Source: Planctomycetota bacterium
GTDB lineage: Bacteria > Planctomycetota > B15-G4
Assembly: GCA_038212275.1 (NCBI GenBank)
Contig: JBBQUR010000016.1
Location: 51,403-115,402, forward strand
Length of the DNA stretch: 64,000 nt
Reading direction: 5' to 3'
Part shown: one piece after another, positions 28,717 to 37,934 of the stretch
Layout of the letters: every line of letters starts with the position of its first letter
Position numbering within the stretch: position 1 is the stretch's first letter
Notes under the pieces: generated by a model
The model's input: the letters and a program-made list of their open reading frames with translations, nothing else
Databases searched by the model: none
Told to the model about the DNA's origin: nothing
Translations under genes and position numbers: made by a program

Positions 28717-30174
28717 TCAGCGCCTTGCCTTGCGCCTGCTCGCGCCGCCGGTCGCGGCCACGCCTTCCACCGGGCGCACGTAGGCCTCGTTGGCGACGGT
28801 GCCTTCGCGCAGGTAGCAGTTCACGCAGATGTTGTGGCACTGCGGCGAATAGACCGAGGCGCGCATCGCGTCGTAGGCCTCGCCGGTCCAGATGGACCAG
28901 AAGTCCGGCGACTTGTCGAGGTGCCCCAGCGCGATGCCGCCGCTGTTGCAGCACGGAAAGATGGAGCCGTCGGCTTCGAAGAAGGCCTGATCCCAGAGGT
29001 AAGGGCAGCGACCGAGGTATGCGGTCGGCGGCAGCTCGGCGGGGCGGGGCGCGGCGCGCTCGACGGTGCCGGTGCCGGCCCAGGCCTCGCCGCTGATCTC
29101 GGCAATGGTGGTGGGCACGCTGCCTGCCTTGCCGACGCCGGCCGGATGCGCGGCGCCCGAAGCTGCACCGGTGTCGACAGGCACGCTGCCGGAGGCCGCG
29201 ATGGCCGCCGCGGTGCCGGCCGAGCGCGCCGCGGCCTCGGCGGCCTGCGCGGACTCCATCGTCTCGTGCCCGTCGGGGATGGCGAGGTCGAAGTCCGCGG
29301 GCAGCACGACGACCTGGTTGCGCGAGGCGGCCCGCGCCCGCGCCTCGGCGAAGGCCCGGTTGGCGCGCGCCTTGTGCTGCACCAGCGACTGGTCCTTCAG
29401 CTCGGCCATGAAGACCTGCAGGTGATTCGTGTAGAGGTGGTCCACGCCGAGGTCCTTCGCGAGATCCACCATGGCGGGCAACTCGTCGATGGTGTCGCGC
29501 ATGAGGATGTAGCGGATGTTGTATTCGGGCGTCCGCTGGCCGCGCGCGGCGCGCCCCGCGGTGAGCATGCGCACGTTCTCGCAGACCTTGTCGAACTTGG
29601 CCCCGCCGCGCAGGCGCTCGAAGGTGTCCTTGGTGGCGCCATCCATGGAGATGTTCACGCGGCCGACGCCCTGCAGGATGCGGTCCAGCATGCCGGGCTT
29701 GCTGACCAGCATGGCGTTGGTGGTGAACTCGACGAAGACGCCGTGCTCGCGTGCCGCGTCGAGCAGCTCCTGGAAATGCGGGTCGTAGAGCGGCTCGCCG
29801 CTGACCGAGAGGGCAAGCTGGCGCAGGTAGGGGAAGACCTCGGCGACGATGGCCTTCACGTGCTCGGCCTTCATGTGCGGGCGGTTGCTGCCGTCGGGCT
29901 TGGCGTCCCACTGGTTGATGCAGAACTCGCAGCGGATGTTGCAGCGCGAGGTGCCGGCCACGGTGATGAAGCCCGGATACGCGCGAAAGCTGCTGTCGCC
30001 ACGGGCCTCGGCGCGCTGAAGCTGCTCGCCGTTCACCTTCTTCAGGCTGGCGAGGAAGGCGGCCCTGCGCTCGGGGCCCATGCGCCGCGCCATCCGTCCG
30101 GGCAAGAGACGCCCTTGTCGGGTGGCCATGAGTGCTGGCCAGGTCGCGCGAAGCAAGGTCTCGGTGAGGCTCAT
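28717..30174 (-). CDS. Radical SAM protein with a SPASM/Twitch domain
   Basis: CNIRCEFC, GEP, TNA, ISMDG, and C-terminal CPYLW...DGSIFPCC...CHNICVNC. Confidence 0.9.
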   Translation of the reverse strand: MSLTETLLRATWPALMATRQGRLLPGRMARRMGPERRAAFLASLKKVNGEQLQRAEARGDSSFRAYPGFITVAGTSRCNIRCEFCINQWDAKPDGSNRPHMKAEHVKAIVAEVFPYLRQLALSVSGEPLYDPHFQELLDAAREHGVFVEFTTNAMLVSKPGMLDRILQGVGRVNISMDGATKDTFERLRGGAKFDKVCENVRMLTAGRAARGQRTPEYNIRYILMRDTIDELPAMVDLAKDLGVDHLYTNHLQVFMAELKDQSLVQHKARANRAFAEARARAASRNQVVVLPADFDLAIPDGHETMESAQAAEAAARSAGTAAAIAASGSVPVDTGAASGAAHPAGVGKAGSVPTTIAEISGEAWAGTGTVERAAPRPAELPPTAYLGRCPYLWDQAFFEADGSIFPCCNSGGIALGHLDKSPDFWSIWTGEAYDAMRASVYSPQCHNICVNCYLREGTVANEAYVRPVEGVAATGGASRRKARR

Positions 30175-30182
30175 GAAGGGCC

Positions 30183-30192
30183 GCTATACTAT
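30183..30192. promoter_or_regulatory. Overlapping divergent -10 elements between the two radical SAM genes
   Basis: GCTATACT on the plus strand and TAGTAT on the minus strand, in an otherwise GC-rich context. Confidence 0.5.
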
Positions 30193-30441
30193 CCGATCCA
30201 TTTTTGAGCCCGGCTTTGCCGACAGCAGAACAGCGGACTTGTCGGCGGTTGAAGGCCCCGAGCTTTTGTCCCGCACCTCGACCGCACCTCGACCGGACCT
30301 GAAGATCAGCACCTCGATCAGCACCGGGTTCAGCACCCGGCCTGCACTTCCGACCGCGATCCCGCACGACTTCCCGATCCCGACCACGCCGCGTCTGCCC
30401 CTGACCGCTTTCCACCCGACCCGCGCCGAGCGCCCGCACCG

Positions 30442-32565
30442 ATGAAAATCCTCCTCGTCTACCCGCCCGACCGGACGCTGCCGACCATTCCCTTCAGCAG
30501 CCTCGCGGTGCTCCAGGGCTGCCTGCGGGCCAAGGGTCACGAGACGGTGGTGCGCGACATGAACGTCGAGGTCTTCGCGCACCTCGTGAAGCGCGACAAG
30601 CTCGCCCACTATGCCGACATCGTGGGCGGCTGGTTCTCGGAGCTGGACGGCAAGCCCGAGCTGACCGAGGCCGAGTACGACCGCTACCGCTTCCTGGCGC
30701 CCCTGGCCGCCGTGCCGCGCGAGGTGCTGCTGCGCGCCGAGGAAAGCCTCCACGTGATGAAGGACCGGAAGCGCTTCTACGAGCACGCCACCTTCAATCG
30801 CGCCTTCGACGACCTCGCGGCGATGATCCGCTTCCTGTACGCGGCCAGCCCGATGTACGACGTCGAGTCCGCGGACTTCGTCACGAAGAACGTGGACGCG
30901 CTGCTGGCCTTCGGCGGCGACCCGGTGCAGGAGGCCTACGACGCGCTGCTCGACACCGTGGTGGCCGAGAAGCCCGACGTGGTCGCGATCACGATGCCGT
31001 TCAGCTTCCAGTTCTTCGAGGGGCTGCGCTTCGCGCACCTCTTCCGCAAGCGCCTGCCGAACGTGCCCATCGTCATCGGCGGCTGCACGGTCAACGACTA
31101 CAAGACCTCGCTCTTCAACGAGCCGCGCCTCTTCGACGTCATCGACTACGCCATGCCGGGCGAGGGCGAGGACGCGATCTGCGAGCTCATGGAGATGATC
31201 GAGGGCAAGCGGCCCATCGAGCAGGTGAGCAACCTCGTCTGGCGCGACGCTGCGGGCGCGATCCGCTTCTCCACGATGCCGCCGAGCTACCCCGACCTCG
31301 ACAAGGTGGCGCCGCCGGACTTCACCGGCGTACCCTTCGAGGGCTACCTCGTGCCGGATGGCATCGCCAACCTGCAGACCTCGCGCGGCTGCTACTACGG
31401 CAAGTGCACCTTCTGCGGCGACTCCTTCCGCCGCAACTTCCGCATGCGCAAGCCCGAGCTCGTCTACCAGGACATCAAGGGCATCCACGAGCAGAGCGGC
31501 GTGAAATACTTCCTCTTCTGGGACAGCCTCGCGCCGCCCAAGACGCTGCGCACCGTCGCGGAAGGCATCATCCGCGACAAGCTGCCCGTCATGTGGTTCG
31601 CCGAGACCAAGTTCGAGAAGCCCTACGTGAATGCGGATCTCGTCGCGACGCTGAAGCGCGGCGGCGGCTCCTTCCTGCAGTTCGGCTTCGAGTCGGGCAG
31701 CCAGCGCGTGCTGGACCTCATCGACAAGGGCAACGACCTCAACCGCGTGGACCAGATCCTGCAGAACATGCACGACGTGGGCCTCAAGGCAGGCGTGAGC
31801 TGGTTCATCGGCTTCCCGGGCGAGACGCCGGAGGAGGCGCGCACCACCTTCGACTTCGTGAACTCGCGCCGCGACCGCATCGCGATCTCGGTGTATGCCG
31901 GCACCTTCATGCTGGGCGCGGACACGCTCGTCTTCGCCAACCCCGAGCGCTACGGCATCGACATCGTGCGCAGCGAGTCCGGCGGCTGGGACTACAAGCA
32001 CACCGACGGCAGCCCGCGCTACGACCGGCAGCCGCTGGACGATGCCTTCCGCGCGCGCAGCGACCTGCCGCTGCTCTGCCACGGCGCCTACCTGATGTAC
32101 GCCTGCAACAAGGTGGAGGACCTGGAGAAGGTCACCGGCCTCGGCCGCTTCGGGCCGATCGCGCGCGAGATGATCGACGACCACTCGGCGGTGCTGCGCG
32201 GCAACGACGCGCTGCTCGTGCGCCGCTTCGGCTACGACGGCACGAAGCCGTGGACGCCGGGCGCAGCGTCGGTGAAGCGCGCCGAGGTGGACGTCGCCTA
32301 CCTGCTCAAGAACGGGCAGACCTATCCGCTCGACGAAGACGACAAGCGCCTCATCGCGCTGGTCGACGGCCGCCGCACGCTGGGCGACATCCTCGGCGAG
32401 GCGTGCAAGGCCGGCGCCGCCGGTCCCGCGCTCGACGCCGCCCACGCGAAGCAGCGCGTCGCACGGCTCATCGACCGCGGCATCGTGCTGGCCCCGCGCG
32501 ACTCCGCCGAGGCCCCGCCCGCCGCCACCAAGCCGGCCGGTACGCCGAGCACCGCCGCGGCCTGA
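30442..32565 (+). CDS. Cobalamin-binding (class B) radical SAM enzyme with a C-terminal PqqD/RRE-like winged helix
   Basis: MKILLVYPP, B12-binding domain (IVIGG, GEGE), SRGCYYGKCTFC, GFESG, and LIALVDGRRTLGDI...LIDRGIV. Confidence 0.9.
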   Translation: MKILLVYPPDRTLPTIPFSSLAVLQGCLRAKGHETVVRDMNVEVFAHLVKRDKLAHYADIVGGWFSELDGKPELTEAEYDRYRFLAPLAAVPREVLLRAEESLHVMKDRKRFYEHATFNRAFDDLAAMIRFLYAASPMYDVESADFVTKNVDALLAFGGDPVQEAYDALLDTVVAEKPDVVAITMPFSFQFFEGLRFAHLFRKRLPNVPIVIGGCTVNDYKTSLFNEPRLFDVIDYAMPGEGEDAICELMEMIEGKRPIEQVSNLVWRDAAGAIRFSTMPPSYPDLDKVAPPDFTGVPFEGYLVPDGIANLQTSRGCYYGKCTFCGDSFRRNFRMRKPELVYQDIKGIHEQSGVKYFLFWDSLAPPKTLRTVAEGIIRDKLPVMWFAETKFEKPYVNADLVATLKRGGGSFLQFGFESGSQRVLDLIDKGNDLNRVDQILQNMHDVGLKAGVSWFIGFPGETPEEARTTFDFVNSRRDRIAISVYAGTFMLGADTLVFANPERYGIDIVRSESGGWDYKHTDGSPRYDRQPLDDAFRARSDLPLLCHGAYLMYACNKVEDLEKVTGLGRFGPIAREMIDDHSAVLRGNDALLVRRFGYDGTKPWTPGAASVKRAEVDVAYLLKNGQTYPLDEDDKRLIALVDGRRTLGDILGEACKAGAAGPALDAAHAKQRVARLIDRGIVLAPRDSAEAPPAATKPAGTPSTAAA

Positions 32566-32628
32566 GTGCCGCCGGCCGCCGCGCCGCCGACCGCCGAATT
32601 GCCGCGCCCGCGCCGCCGCGCCGGAAGC

Positions 32629-33243
32629 TCAGTCGCTCACGCCCTCGGCGACCTTGCGCGCCCACTCGGGCACCTCGTCGAGGTAACGGTTCACGGCGGC
32701 GCGCTTGCTCAGGAAGTAGCGCACGACGAGGCCCTGCACGACCAGCGAGGTCACGAGAAGCGTGGGGTAGATGATGCGCTGGAAGGCCTCGGCATCGCGC
32801 CGCGCGCTGTCGCCGAGGGAACCGAGGCCCGACAGCTGGCTCGAGAACTCCTCGCTGAGCGCCGGCATCACGAGCCATGCGTACAAGAAGTACGAACACA
32901 TCACGGCCAGCCCCGCCAGCTCCGACTTCGCGACACGCAGCGGCGCCTGCGGGTGCGCGACGCGCAACTGACGCGCCGCGCCGCGCTCGAAGAGGCCGAC
33001 GGCCAGCAGCGCGACACCCAGGGTCAGGTTGACCACGTCCATGCCCAGGCCGCCTGCGAGCAGGCTCAACGCCCCGCCGATCGTGTAGAGCGTGCCATCG
33101 AAATTCGCGACGCGGGCGGCGCGGGCCAGCGGCTTCAGCAGCCGCGCGGCGTCGACGAGCGCCTGCTGCTCCTGCGGCGTGAGCCCGGCGGATGCCGCGC
33201 TGCGCGGGGGCTGCTGGAACGGCGCGGACTGCGGCTCGGTCAC
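32629..33243 (-). CDS. Hypothetical membrane protein
   Basis: 204-aa ORF with about four TM segments and a TAGTGT box 6 nt upstream of GTG. Confidence 0.7.
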   Translation of the reverse strand: MTEPQSAPFQQPPRSAASAGLTPQEQQALVDAARLLKPLARAARVANFDGTLYTIGGALSLLAGGLGMDVVNLTLGVALLAVGLFERGAARQLRVAHPQAPLRVAKSELAGLAVMCSYFLYAWLVMPALSEEFSSQLSGLGSLGDSARRDAEAFQRIIYPTLLVTSLVVQGLVVRYFLSKRAAVNRYLDEVPEWARKVAEGVSD

Positions 33244-33285
33244 GCGCGCACACTACCACGCAGGGCCGCGGCTACGATGGCAGCG

Positions 33286-34482
33286 ATGCCTGCCGCGCAT
33301 GATTCCCCGCACGAGCACCCGAGCCGCGAGCCCTCTGCATCGCGCGGAGCGTTGTACGCCGCGCCCGACCTCGACGCGGACTTTCTGCTCGCCGTCACGC
33401 GCACGCTGCACGAGGACATCCGCGCGCGCGTCTCCGAGTTGCTGCACCGCGCGCGCCGTGAGGGGCGGCCCGAGCTGGCCAGCGGCGTCGGCGCCCAGGG
33501 CGCAGGCGACATCGGCTACGCCATCGACGACGCGGCCGAGCGGGCGCTGCACGCCTTCGGCGAGCGAGTCGGCGCGCGCCACCCGCTGACGCTCATCGCC
33601 GAGGGCCCCGGCGTGCGCCAGCACGGCATCGCGCCCGCCGCGCCGCCCGCCACGATGCATGGCGCGGCGCACGCCACGATGCCCGCCACGACGCACGGCG
33701 CGATGCACGGCGGCCCGTCCGCCGCGCCGCCGCTCCGCGCACTCATCGACCCGGTGGACGGCACGCGTTCGCTCATGCACGACATGCGTTCGGCATGGGC
33801 GCTCACCGGGATCGCGCCGGATCGCGGTCCGGCCACGCGCCTCTCGGACATCGAGCTCGCCGTGCAGACCGAGCTGCCCACGACGTCTGCCGGCGCCTAC
33901 CACGTACTGTGGGCGCGGCGCGGTCAGGGCGCATGGATCGCGCGGCACGACGTCGCCACCGGACGCGAGCTGGAACGCGCACCGCTGCGCGCGCGACCCG
34001 AAGACGCCATCGAGAACGGCTACCTCTGCTTCACGCGCTTCCTCGCCGTGGAGCGCCCGCTCGTCGCGGCGCTCGAGCAGCGCTTCCTGGAGCGCATCAT
34101 CGCGGCCCACGCGCTCTCGCCGCGCCTGCTCTACGACGATCAGTATCTGTGCAGCGCGGGCCAGCTCTTCCTCACCGTGACGGGCCGCTACCGCATGCTC
34201 GCGGACCTGCGCGGCTGGCTGCACCGCACGCGCGGCATCCCCAATTTCACGGCCAAGCCCTACGACCTCGCCGCGCTGCTGATCTGCCGCGAGGCCGGCG
34301 TGCCCGTGCTCGACGAGCACTTCGCGCCCCTCGACGCGCCGCTGGACACCGAGACGAAGCTCTCGGTGATCGCCTTCGCGAATGAGGCCCTGCGCGCCCG
34401 GCTGGAGCCCCACCTGCGGGCGGCGATGGCGGCGATGGGGGCGTCGCACCCGCCGGGCCGGGAGCCGGAAGAAAAGCCTTAA
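33286..34482 (+). CDS. Inositol-monophosphatase/FBPase (FIG) superfamily protein
   Basis: GAGDIGYAID, IAEG, IDPVDGT, KPYDLAA. Confidence 0.8.
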   Translation: MPAAHDSPHEHPSREPSASRGALYAAPDLDADFLLAVTRTLHEDIRARVSELLHRARREGRPELASGVGAQGAGDIGYAIDDAAERALHAFGERVGARHPLTLIAEGPGVRQHGIAPAAPPATMHGAAHATMPATTHGAMHGGPSAAPPLRALIDPVDGTRSLMHDMRSAWALTGIAPDRGPATRLSDIELAVQTELPTTSAGAYHVLWARRGQGAWIARHDVATGRELERAPLRARPEDAIENGYLCFTRFLAVERPLVAALEQRFLERIIAAHALSPRLLYDDQYLCSAGQLFLTVTGRYRMLADLRGWLHRTRGIPNFTAKPYDLAALLICREAGVPVLDEHFAPLDAPLDTETKLSVIAFANEALRARLEPHLRAAMAAMGASHPPGREPEEKP

Positions 34483-34504
34483 CAAGCTCCCGCCCCCGGC
34501 GTTG
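34479..34504 (+). promoter_or_regulatory. Putative autoregulatory ECF promoter
   Basis: TTAACA...CGTTG with AAC-N16-CGT spacing, about 35 nt before the ECF start. Confidence 0.55.
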
Positions 34505-34536
34505 AGAGGCCCGAGTTCCTTCCACGGGGTTCGCCC

Positions 34537-35172
34537 ATGACAGCGATGTCCGACGTGCCCGACCCGGCTGACAGGCTGCCAGCAGACGTGCTGCGCGCCG
34601 CCGTCGCGCAGTTCGAGGCGCCGCTGCTGCGCTACGCCACGCGCCTGACCGGCCAGGCCGAGGTCGCACGCGACGTGGTGCAGGACTGCTTCCTGCGCCT
34701 GTGCGCGCAGCCGCGCGCCGCGGTCGAGACGCACCTCGCGGAATGGCTCTTCACCGTCTGCCGCAACCGCGCGACGGACCACCACCGCAAGGAGGGCCGC
34801 ATGCAACAGCCAGCCATCAGCGCGTCGAGTCCCGGCGCGGACGTCCTGTCCGAGTCGGGGACGCACGCCTTCACCGGCGCGTCCGCGAGTTCCGGCACCG
34901 ACGCGGACCCGCACGCGGTCATCGAGCGCAGGGAATCAGTCGCGCGCGCACTGGCGCTGCTCGGCACGCTGCCGCGCAACCAGCAGGAGGTCATCCGCCT
35001 GAAGTTCCAGGAGGGCCTCTCCTACAAGGAAATCTCGGGCATCACGCAGCTCACGGTCAGCCACGTGGGCGTCCTGATTCACTTCGGGCTGAAGTCGTTG
35101 CGCGCACGGATGGATCTCGTGCCGCGCCTGGTGCCGGCGCCCATCGCTGCCGGCCACAAGGAGCACCCATGA
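34537..35172 (+). CDS. ECF RNA polymerase sigma factor
   Basis: ARDVVQDCFLRL, WLFTVCRNRATD, LPRNQQEVIRLKFQEGLSYKEI. Confidence 0.92.
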   Translation: MTAMSDVPDPADRLPADVLRAAVAQFEAPLLRYATRLTGQAEVARDVVQDCFLRLCAQPRAAVETHLAEWLFTVCRNRATDHHRKEGRMQQPAISASSPGADVLSESGTHAFTGASASSGTDADPHAVIERRESVARALALLGTLPRNQQEVIRLKFQEGLSYKEISGITQLTVSHVGVLIHFGLKSLRARMDLVPRLVPAPIAAGHKEHP

Positions 35173-37781
35173 ACAACCAGCACAAGCCTTCGAAGCCGCA
35201 GGCCGAGGCGCAGCCGCTCGAAGCGCGTGACCTCGCCGAGGCGCGCCTCACCGCATACGCCCTGGGAGAACTGGAAGGAGCGGAGCACGCTGCCGACCGC
35301 GCGGTCGTCGTGGCGCTGCTGGAGAGCGATCCGGCCGCCGCGCGCTCGGTGGCGGAGATCCGCGAGCTGGCCGTCGTGCTCACGACGGACCTCGTGGCGG
35401 AAGCGGCCCAGGCCGCGCCCGCTGCCGGCCTCACCGCCGAGCAACGCCGTGCGATCGAGGCCGCGCTGCCGCGCGAAACCTCAGCCGGCGCGACGCCCAC
35501 TGCTTTCGCCGCGCCCGCCGGCGCCACGCGCGGCTTTCCTCGCTGGCTGCGCTTCGTGCCCGCGCTGGCAGCCGCCGCACTCATCGCAGTGCTCGTGTGG
35601 CGGCATCCCCTGGCACCTGGTGAGGCCAGCTCCGGAGCGAACAAGGACCTCGGTCCCGTGGCCGCCAACGAGAGGAAGCGGCCAGCCGACACGGCTGAGA
35701 CGGCTCGCGATGCTCTGAGCGCTCTCGGCTACCTCGGCTCGCCACGGGCGAGCGGAAGCAGCAGGACCGACGGCGCCGCGTCACCCGTCAGTTCGGCCCC
35801 GGCAGGCGCCCTGCTCGCACGCGAAGGTGCGACGGCGAAGCGCGCGGGAAGCGACTCGGAGACCATCATTGAGGAGCCGTCGAGTGATGATGACCTCGGC
35901 GGCTTGACGAGTGCGGACATCCAGTTGCTCAGTGCTCTCGGCTACGACGGCGGCCTCTCGGGAGGCGGATCCTCTGCAGGTCAGCAGGTCGCGGTGGTGG
36001 ATGCCTCGACCAGCGCGCTGGCGTTCGGCGCGGCGGGCGCGGCGGCGGCTGCCGCTCCGGCGCCCCCGTCTTCGGCTTCGCCATTCACTTACGACCTCTT
36101 CGGGTCTCCGCGTGGCAATGCCGACTCCGACTCCATGGACACGGACGAGGTCGACGAAGGCGAGGCGCCGCTGAACGCGTTGCGCCACGGTCTCGACGAC
36201 CGCAACCGCGATCACGGCTACCGCTACTTCCGCACGGCGCCGGGCGGCGAGGGGTATCAGCCCATCGTCGAGAGCGGCTTCCAGTCGCCGCTCGTCGCGC
36301 CGCGCTCCACCTTCTCCGTGGACGTGGACACGGCGAGCTACGCGAACGTGCGCCGCTTCCTCAACGCGGGGCAGCTCCCGCCTGCGGATGCCGTGCGCCT
36401 CGAGGAGCTGATCAACTACTTCCACTACGAGTACCCGCAGCCGGACGGCGAACACCCGTTCTCGGTGAGCGCGGAGGTCACGAGCTGCCCGTGGGCGGAG
36501 AGTCACCGCCTCGTGCGCCTCGGGCTGCAGGGCCGCACCGTGCCGCAGGCCGAGCGCGCGCCAAGCAACCTCGTCTTCCTGGTGGACGTGTCGGGCTCGA
36601 TGGACAGCCCCGACAAGCTGCCTCTCGTGCAGGCCTCGCTGCGGCTGCTGGTCGGCAAGCTGGATGCGCGCGATCGCATCGCGCTGGTCACCTACGCCGG
36701 CAATGCGGGCCTCGTGCTCGACTCCACGAGCTGCGAGCAGAAGCAGGTCGTGCTCGATGCGCTGGACCGCTTGAAGGCCGGCGGCTCCACCGCGGGCGGC
36801 GCGGGCATCGCGCTGGCCTACCAGGTCGCGTCGCAGCACTTCATCAAGGGCGGCACGAACCGCGTCATCCTCGCGACGGACGGCGACTTCAACGTCGGCG
36901 CGACCTCGCGCGAGGCGCTGCAGTCGCTCATCGAGACGGCCGCGAAGAGCGGCGTGTTCCTCACGGTGCTCGGCTACGGCACCGGCAATCTGCAGGACGG
37001 CACGGCCGAACTGCTCGCGGACAAGGGCAACGGCAACTACGCCTACATCGATTCGCTGGGCGAGGCGCAGAAGGTGCTCGTGCAACAGATGGGCGGCACC
37101 CTCATCACCATCGCCAAGGACGTGAAGCTGCAGGTCGAGTTCAACCCGGGGCGCGTCGCCGCCTACCGGCTGCTCGGCTACGAGAATCGCGCGCTGGCGA
37201 CACGCGACTTCAACGATGACGGGAAGGACGCTGGCGAGATCGGCTCCGGCCACAGCGTGACCGCGCTGTACGAGGTCATCCCGGTGGGGGCCGCCGACGC
37301 GCCGGCGCCGGACGCGCTGCGCTACCAGAGCGAAGCCGAGGTGCCCGCCGCCGCCGCGCCTGTGCTCAACGACAGCCCGGAACTGCTCTACGTCGCGCTG
37401 CGCTACAAGCAGCCCGCCGCAGACTCCAGCGTGCTGCTTGGCCAGCCGGTGATCGACGGCGGCGAGCGACTCGGCGACACCGACCGCCGCGCCGCCGCGG
37501 ACGCTGGCGACACCGGCACCGGCGCGGCCGGCGCAGAAGGTGCGACCGGCGCGGATCATGGTCCGCGCTCCGCCCAGGCCGTCGCCGACCTGCACTTCGT
37601 CGCCGCCGTCGCGGAGTTCGGCATGCTTCTGCGCCACAGCGGCAACGCCGGTAGCGCGACGTGGGAGAGCGTGCGCGCGCTGGCGGAAGCCGGCCGCGGC
37701 GCGGACCGCGACGGCTACCGCGCGGAATTCCTCCGCCTCGTCGGCATCGCGCAGAGCCTGCAGTCTCCGTCTCCCCGCTGA
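35169..37781 (+). CDS. Anti-sigma-like N-terminus and TM fused to a YfbK-type vWA domain
   Basis: LTAYALGEL N-terminal domain, TM, STFSVDVDTASY, EELINYF, MIDAS DVSGS, ILATDGDFNVG, YRLLGYENR, GYRAEF. ATGA overlap with the sigma gene. Confidence 0.9.
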   Translation: MNNQHKPSKPQAEAQPLEARDLAEARLTAYALGELEGAEHAADRAVVVALLESDPAAARSVAEIRELAVVLTTDLVAEAAQAAPAAGLTAEQRRAIEAALPRETSAGATPTAFAAPAGATRGFPRWLRFVPALAAAALIAVLVWRHPLAPGEASSGANKDLGPVAANERKRPADTAETARDALSALGYLGSPRASGSSRTDGAASPVSSAPAGALLAREGATAKRAGSDSETIIEEPSSDDDLGGLTSADIQLLSALGYDGGLSGGGSSAGQQVAVVDASTSALAFGAAGAAAAAAPAPPSSASPFTYDLFGSPRGNADSDSMDTDEVDEGEAPLNALRHGLDDRNRDHGYRYFRTAPGGEGYQPIVESGFQSPLVAPRSTFSVDVDTASYANVRRFLNAGQLPPADAVRLEELINYFHYEYPQPDGEHPFSVSAEVTSCPWAESHRLVRLGLQGRTVPQAERAPSNLVFLVDVSGSMDSPDKLPLVQASLRLLVGKLDARDRIALVTYAGNAGLVLDSTSCEQKQVVLDALDRLKAGGSTAGGAGIALAYQVASQHFIKGGTNRVILATDGDFNVGATSREALQSLIETAAKSGVFLTVLGYGTGNLQDGTAELLADKGNGNYAYIDSLGEAQKVLVQQMGGTLITIAKDVKLQVEFNPGRVAAYRLLGYENRALATRDFNDDGKDAGEIGSGHSVTALYEVIPVGAADAPAPDALRYQSEAEVPAAAAPVLNDSPELLYVALRYKQPAADSSVLLGQPVIDGGERLGDTDRRAAADAGDTGTGAAGAEGATGADHGPRSAQAVADLHFVAAVAEFGMLLRHSGNAGSATWESVRALAEAGRGADRDGYRAEFLRLVGIAQSLQSPSPR

Positions 37782-37811
37782 CCGGCTTCGGCACGCCCGA
37801 CGGCCGCGCCG

Positions 37812-37934
37812 TCGACCCGGCAAGCGAGGCGCGCTAAGGTGGCGCCCGCGAACGGGCGACTCGGAGGCTGCGGGCGATGGAAGCGGCGGGCAGGCGACTC
37901 GGGCTGCTGCTTGGCGCGGGGGCGCTGATCGTCG
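37812..37934 (+). repeat. 123-bp direct repeat, copy 1 (promoter, RBS and first codons)
   Basis: Identical to 40912-41034. Contains GCTAAGGT, GGAGG and MEAAGRRLGLLLGAGALIV. Confidence 0.92.

Noticed and set aside
30195..30441. Cobalamin riboswitch before the B12 radical SAM gene
   Set aside because: No recognisable B12-box or conserved GGGAA/GCCACTG core was seen. A covariance-model search would be decisive.
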